From positions 690,001 through 722,000 of the forward strand of contig NZ_CP047931.1 of NCBI RefSeq assembly GCF_014280175.1: a stretch of DNA of 32,000 nucleotides, read 5' to 3'. Shown here piece by piece: positions 26,069 to 32,000 of the stretch; positions within the stretch are counted from its first letter, which is position 1; each line of letters begins with the position of its first letter. The notes under the pieces were generated by a model. It ran no database searches. It saw only the letters and a program-made list of their open reading frames with translations, and had not been told where the DNA came from. The stretch comes from Synechococcus sp. A15-28 (GTDB taxonomy: Bacteria; Cyanobacteriota; Cyanobacteriia; PCC-6307; Cyanobiaceae). The translations under genes were made by a program, and so were the position numbers.

Positions 26069-26669
26069 GCAGGGCTGTGAGGTCGTCGTAGCCGCCGATC
26101 GCGGTTCCGTCGATGAACACCTGAGGGAAGGTGCGCATGCCGCTGCGGCTCTGGCAAGCCGCGAAGTCCTCGTCGTTGTTGACGGTGATCACCGTGTGGG
26201 GCAATGCCAGGGTGCGCAGTAAGCGGAGTGCGCGGCTGCACCATGGGCATCCCGGCAGTACAGCGATTTCAAGCCTTGGGATGGGTGCTGCTGTGGGGGA
26301 TTCAGCCTGGATCGGGACTTGATCCAGCACCCCGATCAGCACGTCTACGCCTTTCTGCACAAGTGTTCCGGGTTCGAGATGGCCGCCCCACACCTGGCAA
26401 GCCCCATCGGAAAGACTGAGATGGAGGTGAACGCCTTCAGGCCCGATCGTGCCATTCAGAGTGATCACCTCGAGGTCGCCCACCAGGACGGTGGCCTCTG
26501 GCTGCCCAGGACACTGAAAGGCCGCACGGCTGAGGTTGCCGACCACTCCCAAAACAAATCCCTGGAGACCTTGCGTTCTGCCGAGATCTTCCAGGCTGGT
26601 GCGCAGATCGCTGCCTGGAGCAAGCTTCAGCGGCAGGGGGCGCATGGCATCGGTGAAACGTGGGGCCAC
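26037..26669 (-). CDS. PPC/DUF296 domain fused to a C-terminal glutaredoxin domain (GTG 26669 or ATG 26645 start)
   Basis: The N-terminal half fits the PPC(DUF296) pattern: LKLAPGSDL ... GNLSRA ... LEVITLNGTI ... VHLHLSLSD ... VWGGHLEPG. The C-terminal half is Grx-like, with active site CPWC and TFPQVFIDGTAIGGYDDL. Confidence 0.7.
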   Translation of the reverse strand: MAPRFTDAMRPLPLKLAPGSDLRTSLEDLGRTQGLQGFVLGVVGNLSRAAFQCPGQPEATVLVGDLEVITLNGTIGPEGVHLHLSLSDGACQVWGGHLEPGTLVQKGVDVLIGVLDQVPIQAESPTAAPIPRLEIAVLPGCPWCSRALRLLRTLALPHTVITVNNDEDFAACQSRSGMRTFPQVFIDGTAIGGYDDLTALHAAGELETLR

Positions 26670-26720
26670 ATTACGTGGGATGGCACGGGTGCCAGACAGA
26701 TCAGGCTTGGTGGGACATGG

Positions 26721-26729
26721 TGCTAATAT
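26721..26729 (+). promoter_or_regulatory. Candidate extended -10 element (TGcTAATAT) for the RHH gene
   Basis: TGCTAATAT lies 24 nt upstream of GTG 26753. No convincing -35 was seen. The palindrome TGGCACGGGTGCCA lies at 26681-26694, just upstream. Confidence 0.25.
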
Positions 26730-26752
26730 CGTTAAGATTTGGTTGATTTATC

Positions 26753-26989
26753 GTGCCAATACTTCAGGATCTGGTTCAGGAGTTGCAACAACGTCTTGAA
26801 GGACAGGCTCCGGCGCCCAGCAGTGCTGCCGTGGCTGATGCATCCAGCTCAGAGCGCATCAACGTCACCTTGCCTCGCGGTGTCATGGATGAACTGAAGC
26901 GCCATGCCCTGGAGGAAGGCCGCAGTTGCGGCAATCTGGCCGCTTATCTGGTGGAGGAGGCTTTGCGCCGCCACCGCCCGCTGCACTAA
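26753..26989 (+). CDS. Ribbon-helix-helix (CopG/Arc/MetJ-type) DNA-binding protein
   Basis: RINVTLPRGVMDELKRHALEEGRSCGNLAAYLVEEALRR gives the beta-strand / helix / helix pattern of RHH repressors. The start is GTG. Confidence 0.6.
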   Translation: MPILQDLVQELQQRLEGQAPAPSSAAVADASSSERINVTLPRGVMDELKRHALEEGRSCGNLAAYLVEEALRRHRPLH

Positions 26990-27639
26990 TCGAGCAGTCG
27001 TTTGGAGACGTCTTCCATCGCTCCACTGCGCTGCAGCTTGAGGATGGAGATGTTCAGCGGTGTCCTCAATGGATCGCCCGTTCTGAAGGCGAAGCCATAG
27101 GTCTGTTCGGCCAGGGTGAACGGAGCCAGTTGCACTGCCAGTTCCGGGTTGTTCTTGAGGTGATAGCGGATTGCCGGCCGATCGAAGATCACCGCATCCG
27201 CTCTGTTCGTCAGCACCGTCTCGATGGCATCCCCGAGTGTCTGTGAGGGAGCAATTCGCATGTTCTGCTCCTCAGCCAGCTCTTCTCCGCTCGTTCCCTC
27301 CAGAACAGCGGCTCTTTGCCCATTGAGCCGTTCTGCCGTGATGCTGATGGGTCCCACAAGAAGATCAATTTCCCCTTTGTTCAGAGCAAGAATTCCCTGC
27401 CGCGGGGTTGCTTGCTTGATCAGTCGATAGGAGAGGTTGTTATCTTCAGCGATCCTTCTCCAGATATCCAGGCTGATGCCGCTGCTGCCCCCGTCCTTCT
27501 GGATCACAAAGGGGGCATTGCCGCTGACGCCCACCTTGAGCGTGCGCGCCATCAACGGTGGAACAGCCTGTTGCAGACCCAGCAGCAGACCGACGGCAAC
27601 AGCTGCTCCCCTTCTCCTGGCGACGGTTGAGTGTTTCAC
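26986..27639 (-). CDS. Family-3 solute-binding protein (SBP_bac_3, amino-acid-binding type), unusually short and without transporter partners in the window
   Basis: LKVGVSGNAPFV..., IDLLVGPISITAER, ADAVIFDRPAIRYHL, YGFAFRTGDPLR. The N-terminus is signal-like (RRRGAAVAVGLLLGL). The GTG start overlaps an upstream 26-aa ORF. Confidence 0.65.
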   Translation of the reverse strand: MKHSTVARRRGAAVAVGLLLGLQQAVPPLMARTLKVGVSGNAPFVIQKDGGSSGISLDIWRRIAEDNNLSYRLIKQATPRQGILALNKGEIDLLVGPISITAERLNGQRAAVLEGTSGEELAEEQNMRIAPSQTLGDAIETVLTNRADAVIFDRPAIRYHLKNNPELAVQLAPFTLAEQTYGFAFRTGDPLRTPLNISILKLQRSGAMEDVSKRLLD

Positions 27640-27716
27640 CGCTGGTCGAGACGCTTCACGATCACGGACATTGCGACAAGGGAACCTGCCAGAGCGATCA
27701 GGAGGGCAATGGTCAT
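27636..27716 (-). CDS. Unannotated 26-aa hydrophobic peptide (MTIALLIALAGSLVAMSVIVKRLDQR)
   Basis: ATG-initiated. Its TGA overlaps the GTG start of the SBP gene (GTGA). It has a single TM-like helix plus a basic tail. It is below the ORF-track cutoff. Confidence 0.3.
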   Translation of the reverse strand: MTIALLIALAGSLVAMSVIVKRLDQR

Positions 27717-27723
27717 TGGTGGG

Positions 27724-27891
27724 TCAGGTAGCAGCAGGGACCGCCAGGTTTGCATCCATGGCCCCCAGCAGCCACTCGGCGACTTCCATTCTCAAGGCGT
27801 ATGCACACTCGTAACGCCCTTGGTGTTCGAGCGAAGCGAGCCTGCGCTCAAGCCAGCGCAGAGTCTCAACCGGAAGCTGGTTTGGACGCAT
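27724..27891 (-). CDS. Possible 55-aa helical protein (MRPNQLPVETLRWLERRLASLEHQG...); alternative ATG at 27975
   Basis: This is the 3' part of track ORF 27724..28383 that does not overlap pdeM. It stops 7 nt before the 26-aa ORF. No motif was recognised. Confidence 0.25.
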   Translation of the reverse strand: MRPNQLPVETLRWLERRLASLEHQGRYECAYALRMEVAEWLLGAMDANLAVPAAT

Positions 27892-27990
27892 CGGTCGCGC
27901 CACAATGCATGGCCAGAGGAACATCACAGTGATGCACGAACAGGCACCTGCGATGCAGTCAGGGCTACAAAACATGGCTGAGTCCCGCGG

Positions 27991-28665
27991 ATGAAGTGGC
28001 AGGAGTGGGTCTGGCGCAGCGAGTCCCTGCGGTTTCTGGGTGAACGTGCTCTCTGGAGGGAGCAAGGGCGTCAGTTGATGGTGGCGGATCTGCACCTCGG
28101 CAAGGCCGAGGTCTTCCAGGCCCATGGCATTCCCTTGCCGACTGATGGCGACCGGGGAACATTGAATCCGCTGCTTCAGCTCTGCCATGCCTGGTCTCCT
28201 GAACAGCTCATCGTTCTCGGCGATCTGATTCATGCCCGTGAAGGGCTGACGCCAGAGCTGCGAGAGACCCTGCGTTCGCTGCCGGATCTCTGTGGTTGTG
28301 AGGTGCTGCTGATCGGCGGCAACCACGACCGCCACTGCTGGATCGAAGGCCTGCCGCAGCTTCCCTCCCAGGGCGTTGGCCAACTTTGGTTAAGCCATGC
28401 TCCAGAAACGCAGCCCGCTGCTGATCTGCTCAACGTCTGCGGTCATCTGCATCCGATGATCCGCCTGCGCGGCCGGGCGGATCGCCTGCGTCTCCCCTGC
28501 TTTGCCTTTGATCCCGAGGCTCCCCGATTGGTCATTCCAGCCTTCGGGCAGTTGACGGGAGGCCATGACTGCGGCGACCGTTACCAGCAATGGCTAGTGG
28601 CCGACGGAGCCATCCTTCCTTGGTTCGAACCACCCCTCCAAAACCAGGGTCGACGGTCCGCATGA
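27991..28665 (+). CDS. pdeM: Ligase-associated DNA damage response metallophosphoesterase PdeM (TIGR04123-type)
   Basis: LMVADLHLGKAEVF...GIPLP, LIVLGDLIHA, LIGGNHDR, CGHLHP, LRLPCFAF, LVIPAFGQLTGG. This is the family pattern as I recall it. Confidence 0.75.
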   Translation: MKWQEWVWRSESLRFLGERALWREQGRQLMVADLHLGKAEVFQAHGIPLPTDGDRGTLNPLLQLCHAWSPEQLIVLGDLIHAREGLTPELRETLRSLPDLCGCEVLLIGGNHDRHCWIEGLPQLPSQGVGQLWLSHAPETQPAADLLNVCGHLHPMIRLRGRADRLRLPCFAFDPEAPRLVIPAFGQLTGGHDCGDRYQQWLVADGAILPWFEPPLQNQGRRSA

Positions 28666-30134
28666 AGGACGAGACCAAGGGCGGCCAGCGACGGAAAAGA
28701 ATTCGTCTGCGGAAGCGGTGGTTGGCTCTGATCTCACCTTTTGTGGTGTTGGGTGGGTTGATTGCCTTGGCCCCCGATACCCCGCAGCAGGGACAGATTG
28801 CTGAGGACACTGTTCTCGAAACGGAATCCCGCCGGGATGGCGAACCGTTTCGATACATCCCAGACGATGAGGTGTATGCCCTGGATTTCGACCCAAGGCG
28901 TGTTCGTTTCGGACTGTTGGAGGGCTGGGACCGCGAGCAGGATGCCTTCGAGGACTTCGCTGCTCTGGCCTACGTGTCCGGGCCGATGTACGAGCGGCAC
29001 GTTGATAACGGTGGTCGAGAGATAACGGTCCCCTTGGGTGATCTGAAGTTCGGCTCCCGCGTTTGGAAAGGGCGCAACCGCACGGCATCACGCCAACGGG
29101 CCTTCATCGGCATTCGCCACAGCGGCGCCGTTGATTTCAGCTACGGCGAGCTGACCGACGCACATACCCGCACCTACGACACCTTCATCGGTGGGCTGCA
29201 CAGCCTCTACAACGACCTCGAGGAACCCCCGGAGAGCTACAAGGGGGCTTACAGCATCAGCATGGGCCAGCGCATCCGCTATTACCTGCCCAGGATTCGC
29301 ATGGTGATGGGCCTGCGCGAGGACGGCCATCTCGAGGTGCTGATGAGCCGGGATGGCCTCACCCTCGAGCAGAGCAAGGATCTGGCCAGACGTCGGGGGT
29401 ATCTGGCGGCTTACATGCCGGACCATGCCTCCAAGAGTCGCTTCATCATTCCCGGCGTCAAAGGGTTCACAGAGGAGGATGCCAACTGGATCAGCGGTGG
29501 AGCGACGAGTTTTGTCCATGTCCCCTACATGCTGCGGCTCAGTTCCCGTCAGACCCCGCTTCGTGGTGATCTGATCGACAACTTCACCCCCAGGCTCGCC
29601 GGGGATGAGTCCTGTGCTGGAGCGATGGATTGTCTGCAGGCCTTTGGGAACCACCTGGCCGATCGAGCCTTGGCCGGTCTTAATCGTGTGATGGAAAAAG
29701 GTGTCGAACCCCTTGCTCGGATGATCTGGGCTCCTTCCAATCCCCAGCCGTCCAGTCTGGTGGAAACACAGCTCCTGCCGGATGAACTGGATCGCGTTAC
29801 ACCCGCGGTGAAACTTCGCGCTCCTCTGCGTGAGCCGCCGATAACCGCTGATCCTTTGGTGCTTCAGGAGCCGGTGATCAGAATGCTGCCCAAACTGCAG
29901 GAAGTGAGTCCGCTTGAAGGTACTTTGGACGATGGAACTTCACGGTTGTTCGAGCCCTCGGTTCCCCTTCCTCCAGACCTACCACCTCCGCTTTTGCTGG
30001 ATCAGATGCCAGGCCAGAGTGATGGCGACCGAGAGGCTGCTGCTTCCCCTGAACTTCCAGCGCTGCCTGAAAACGCCCCACCTCCACCGGACCTACCAGA
30101 TGTATCCATACAACCACTTCCAGTGATTGATTGA
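28662..30134 (+). CDS. Membrane-anchored hypothetical protein (490 aa) with a possible phosphodiester-glycosidase (DUF2233)-like core and a proline-rich C-terminal tail
   Basis: The ATG overlaps the pdeM stop (ATGA). Basic N-terminus plus TM (RKRWLALISPFVVLGGLIALA). PRIRMVMGLREDGHLEVLMSRDGLTLEQSKDLARRRGYLAAYMPDHASKS loosely resembles the DUF2233 block. The tail carries PPDLPPPLLL ... PPPPDLPD. Confidence 0.6.
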   Translation: MKDETKGGQRRKRIRLRKRWLALISPFVVLGGLIALAPDTPQQGQIAEDTVLETESRRDGEPFRYIPDDEVYALDFDPRRVRFGLLEGWDREQDAFEDFAALAYVSGPMYERHVDNGGREITVPLGDLKFGSRVWKGRNRTASRQRAFIGIRHSGAVDFSYGELTDAHTRTYDTFIGGLHSLYNDLEEPPESYKGAYSISMGQRIRYYLPRIRMVMGLREDGHLEVLMSRDGLTLEQSKDLARRRGYLAAYMPDHASKSRFIIPGVKGFTEEDANWISGGATSFVHVPYMLRLSSRQTPLRGDLIDNFTPRLAGDESCAGAMDCLQAFGNHLADRALAGLNRVMEKGVEPLARMIWAPSNPQPSSLVETQLLPDELDRVTPAVKLRAPLREPPITADPLVLQEPVIRMLPKLQEVSPLEGTLDDGTSRLFEPSVPLPPDLPPPLLLDQMPGQSDGDREAAASPELPALPENAPPPPDLPDVSIQPLPVID

Positions 30135-30149
30135 AACTTTCGGTGGCGA

Positions 30150-30623
30150 TCAGCCCCCCTGGTGGGAGGCGAGGGCACGCACCACGTCTCCCCGGGTGAT
30201 CACACCCACGGGCTTCGCATCACTGTCGAGGACAAACAACCGTTGGGTGCCCCGGTCGTGCAGCAGGGAGGCCGCCCTGGGCAAACCAAGGTCAAGACTG
30301 CAGGTGTGGGCGTCCTTCCGCATCAGCTCTTTCACCGTGGTGCCCAGCACCTGGTGCACCTGCTTGTCCCAGTTGAGGGGATTGCGCAGGTAAATCACGC
30401 TGTCCAGCAGCATCACGTACGGGCCGGCATCAACACCGCTCTCACGCACCATCAGGTCCTGCTCGCTCAGCTCTCCGATCAGGGCACCTGTGTCATCAAC
30501 CACCGGCAGTCCGCTGATGTGGTGATCACTGATCAGTTGAACGGCCTGCTGCAGAGGAGTGTCCGGGGTGACGCTCAACACTGGCTGGGTCATCACATCA
30601 GCCACCGTCAGCTGCAGGACCAT
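30150..30623 (-). CDS. CBS domain-pair protein
   Basis: Two CBS repeats: VADVMTQPVLSVTPDTPLQQAVQLISDHHISGLPVVDD.G.LIG..SE.DL, and VKELMRKDAHTC....L..AA.LLHDRGTQRLFVLD.....VGVITRGDVV. Confidence 0.85.
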   Translation of the reverse strand: MVLQLTVADVMTQPVLSVTPDTPLQQAVQLISDHHISGLPVVDDTGALIGELSEQDLMVRESGVDAGPYVMLLDSVIYLRNPLNWDKQVHQVLGTTVKELMRKDAHTCSLDLGLPRAASLLHDRGTQRLFVLDSDAKPVGVITRGDVVRALASHQGG

Positions 30624-30627
30624 GATT

Positions 30628-30645
30628 TGAAGTCAGCTGACTTCA
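30628..30645. promoter_or_regulatory. 18-bp perfect palindrome TGAAGTCAGCTGACTTCA in the 31-bp divergent gap between the CBS gene and pgsA (candidate operator)
   Basis: Checked base by base: 9+9 perfect inverted repeat centred at 30636/30637. It is flanked by start codons at 30623 (minus) and 30655 (plus). Confidence 0.4.
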
Positions 30646-30654
30646 TTCTGCGCG

Positions 30655-31191
30655 TTGTCGTTGCCCCTGCGCTCTCTGGCCAATGGCCTCACCATCGCTC
30701 GCGCCGTTGCCGGCTTGCCCTTGATCCTGGCGCTGCAGGTTGGCTGGCTTCCCTTGGCTTGGTGGCTGCTGCTGATGGCTGGCCTCAGCGATGCCGCTGA
30801 TGGCTGGCTGGCCCGTCGCGCTGGCGGCGGCAGCAGCTGGGGGGCAAGGCTGGATCCACTCACAGACAAGGTGCTGATCGCAGCTCCCCTGCTCTGGCTG
30901 GCTTCCACGGAAACCCTGCCTCTCTGGGCTGTCTGGCTGTTGCTGGCCCGGGAACTGCTGATTTCGGGTTGGCGTGCCCAGGCGGGGGATGGCGGGCCGG
31001 CATCGTTGACCGGGAAGGCCAAGACCGTCCTGCAGTTCCTGGCGCTGCTGTTGTTGCTCTGGCCCCCCGCCTGGAGCGGACACCAGCAGCTTGTGGTTGT
31101 CGGGTGGTGGTTGTTCTGGCCGTCGTTGCTGTTGGCCCTCAGGTCAGCCGTTGGCTACATCAAGCCCCGATCAAGGCCGCATCAGCGCTGA
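30655..31191 (+). CDS. pgsA: CDP-diacylglycerol--glycerol-3-phosphate 3-phosphatidyltransferase (CDP-alcohol phosphatidyltransferase family)
   Basis: Motif D-x2-DG-x2-AR-x8-G-x3-D-x3-D, seen as SDAADGWLARRAGGGSSWGARLDPLTDK. Multi-pass membrane protein of 178 aa. The start is TTG. Confidence 0.8.
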   Translation: MSLPLRSLANGLTIARAVAGLPLILALQVGWLPLAWWLLLMAGLSDAADGWLARRAGGGSSWGARLDPLTDKVLIAAPLLWLASTETLPLWAVWLLLARELLISGWRAQAGDGGPASLTGKAKTVLQFLALLLLLWPPAWSGHQQLVVVGWWLFWPSLLLALRSAVGYIKPRSRPHQR

Positions 31192-32000
31192 AATCCGGCT
31201 GCGCCGACGGGGCGATGGCGTAGTCATTCTGGAAGCTGTCCGCCAGCCCCTTGGCGAGATCAAACCGGGGTTCCCAGGCCAGTTCACGCTGCACCCGTGT
31301 GATGTCGGTGAGGAAGTGATTTAGTCGCAGGGGGAAGGCCTTGCGGGCTTTTGGATCGAGTCCGGATGGATCGAAGGGGCGCAACTCCACGGCGTCCGGC
31401 TCTTTGCCGCAGGCAACCGCTGCTGCCCGGATCAAGCCTCGGAAGGTGATGCCCTGCTTGCCGGAGCAGTTGTAGATGCGGTTGGCAGCGGCTTCAACAT
31501 CGATGCAGCGCGCCATGGCTTCGGCCAGATCGTCCACATGGCCGAGCTGGGTGATCGTGCTGCCGTCCCCCGGCAGCGGCACCGGGCGGTCGTGGGTGAT
31601 CCGATCAAAGAACCAGCGTTCGACGGGGTTGTAGTTCCCAGGCCCGTAGATGTAAGTGGGGCGGAAGCTGGTGAAGGGGATGCCTTCGGAGCGCAACCAG
31701 GCCTCGGTGTCCGCCTTGCCGGCGTGGCGGCTGTTTGGATCGGTGGCAGCGGTTTCATCCAGGGGCCACAGTGCAGAGCCGGCGTAGACGCCGGCGGAAC
31801 TCACGTAAACGAACCGGTGGCTGGGGACACCTGTGATCTCCACCACACGCCTGCTGTCCTCAAGCTTGCGCCCGGAGCTGTCGACAATCACATCGAAGCG
31901 GCGTCCTTCCAGGGGGCTCAGACCTTCGCTGCTGCTGCGGTCTCCACAGAGATGTTCAACGCCCTCAGGGACAGCGTTGCGGCCCCGCGTGAACAGGGTG
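31160..32000 (-). CDS. NAD-dependent epimerase/dehydratase (extended SDR, CSP41-like). The 5' end lies beyond the window.
   Basis: The frame is open to base 31999 (TLFTRGRNAVPEGVEHL ... FDVIVDSSG). FVYVSSAGVY, RPTYIYGPGNYNP and LGHVDDLA are typical of the family. Confidence 0.8.
   Translation of the reverse strand, partial: TLFTRGRNAVPEGVEHLCGDRSSSEGLSPLEGRRFDVIVDSSGRKLEDSRRVVEITGVPSHRFVYVSSAGVYAGSALWPLDETAATDPNSRHAGKADTEAWLRSEGIPFTSFRPTYIYGPGNYNPVERWFFDRITHDRPVPLPGDGSTITQLGHVDDLAEAMARCIDVEAAANRIYNCSGKQGITFRGLIRAAAVACGKEPDAVELRPFDPSGLDPKARKAFPLRLNHFLTDITRVQRELAWEPRFDLAKGLADSFQNDYAIAPSAQPDFSADAALIGA

Noticed and set aside
25488-26222. 244-aa plus-strand ORF across the cupin, Trp-rich and Grx genes.
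   Set aside because: It is antisense to three minus-strand genes with recognisable domains and coupled start/stop overlaps. No motif was seen in the plus-strand frame.
25332-26989. Two convergent gene pairs share the same 4-nt CTAA stop/stop overlap (25332-25335 and 26986-26989).
   Set aside because: This is a trivial consequence of TAA on one strand overlapping TAG on the other. There is no extended shared sequence around the two sites.
12544-27639. The idea that TAG is reassigned or generally read through in this organism, prompted by the two in-frame TAGs.
   Set aside because: TAG also ends sasA (12544), the histidine phosphatase (5048), the cupin (25332) and the SBP gene (26986) at positions consistent with normal protein C-termini. 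Global recoding is therefore not supported.
27892-28383. Upstream two-thirds of the 219-aa minus-strand ORF 27724..28383.
   Set aside because: It is antisense to the well-supported pdeM gene. Only the 3' portion outside pdeM (27724-27891/27975) is kept, as a low-confidence small ORF.

Overview
This is a high-GC cyanobacterial chromosome segment. Its gene content looks like a marine Synechococcus-type picocyanobacterium: petH with a CpcD-like N-terminus, sasA, zwf-opcA, a CpcS-type lipocalin gene and crtE. I support about 40 protein genes, one tRNA-Glu(UUC), and no rRNA, CRISPR array, transposase or integrase. Most of the window is core housekeeping: folD, crtE, a DUF212 gene, an SF1 helicase, cobB, acyP, opcA, zwf, petH, sasA, pepN, a rhomboid, a CrtISO-family oxidoreductase, pgsA, a CBS-pair gene and an SDR gene. 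Genes are tightly packed, with many 4-nt start/stop overlaps. Three stretches look AT-richer by eye (about 4.35-5.05 kb, 14.4-15.1 kb and 18.7-20.14 kb) and carry small secreted or unknown ORFs. The main observations are as follows. (1) Two ORFs at 22262-24976 (minus strand) are one internally duplicated phytase-like beta-propeller gene, split by a single in-frame TAG that aligns with a TGG Trp codon in the sister repeat. (2) A low-GC gene at 18721-20136 fuses a cyclophilin PPIase domain to an amicyanin-like cupredoxin copper site, and also has an in-frame TAG inside the cyclophilin fold. (3) A PdeM-type (ligase-associated) metallophosphoesterase overlaps by ATGA with a membrane-anchored, proline-tailed 490-aa protein instead of sitting with Lhr/ligase partners. 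(4) A three-gene overlapping operon encodes a PPC(DUF296)-glutaredoxin fusion, a Trp-rich small membrane protein and a WbuC-type cupin. (5) Several short ORFs missing from the 60-aa track, and several perfect palindromes in divergent intergenic regions, are also reported. I do not see a canonical defence, toxin-antitoxin or mobile system. The candidate undescribed modules are items 2-4, and all are hypotheses. All calls rest on reading motifs by eye; no database search or computation was run.
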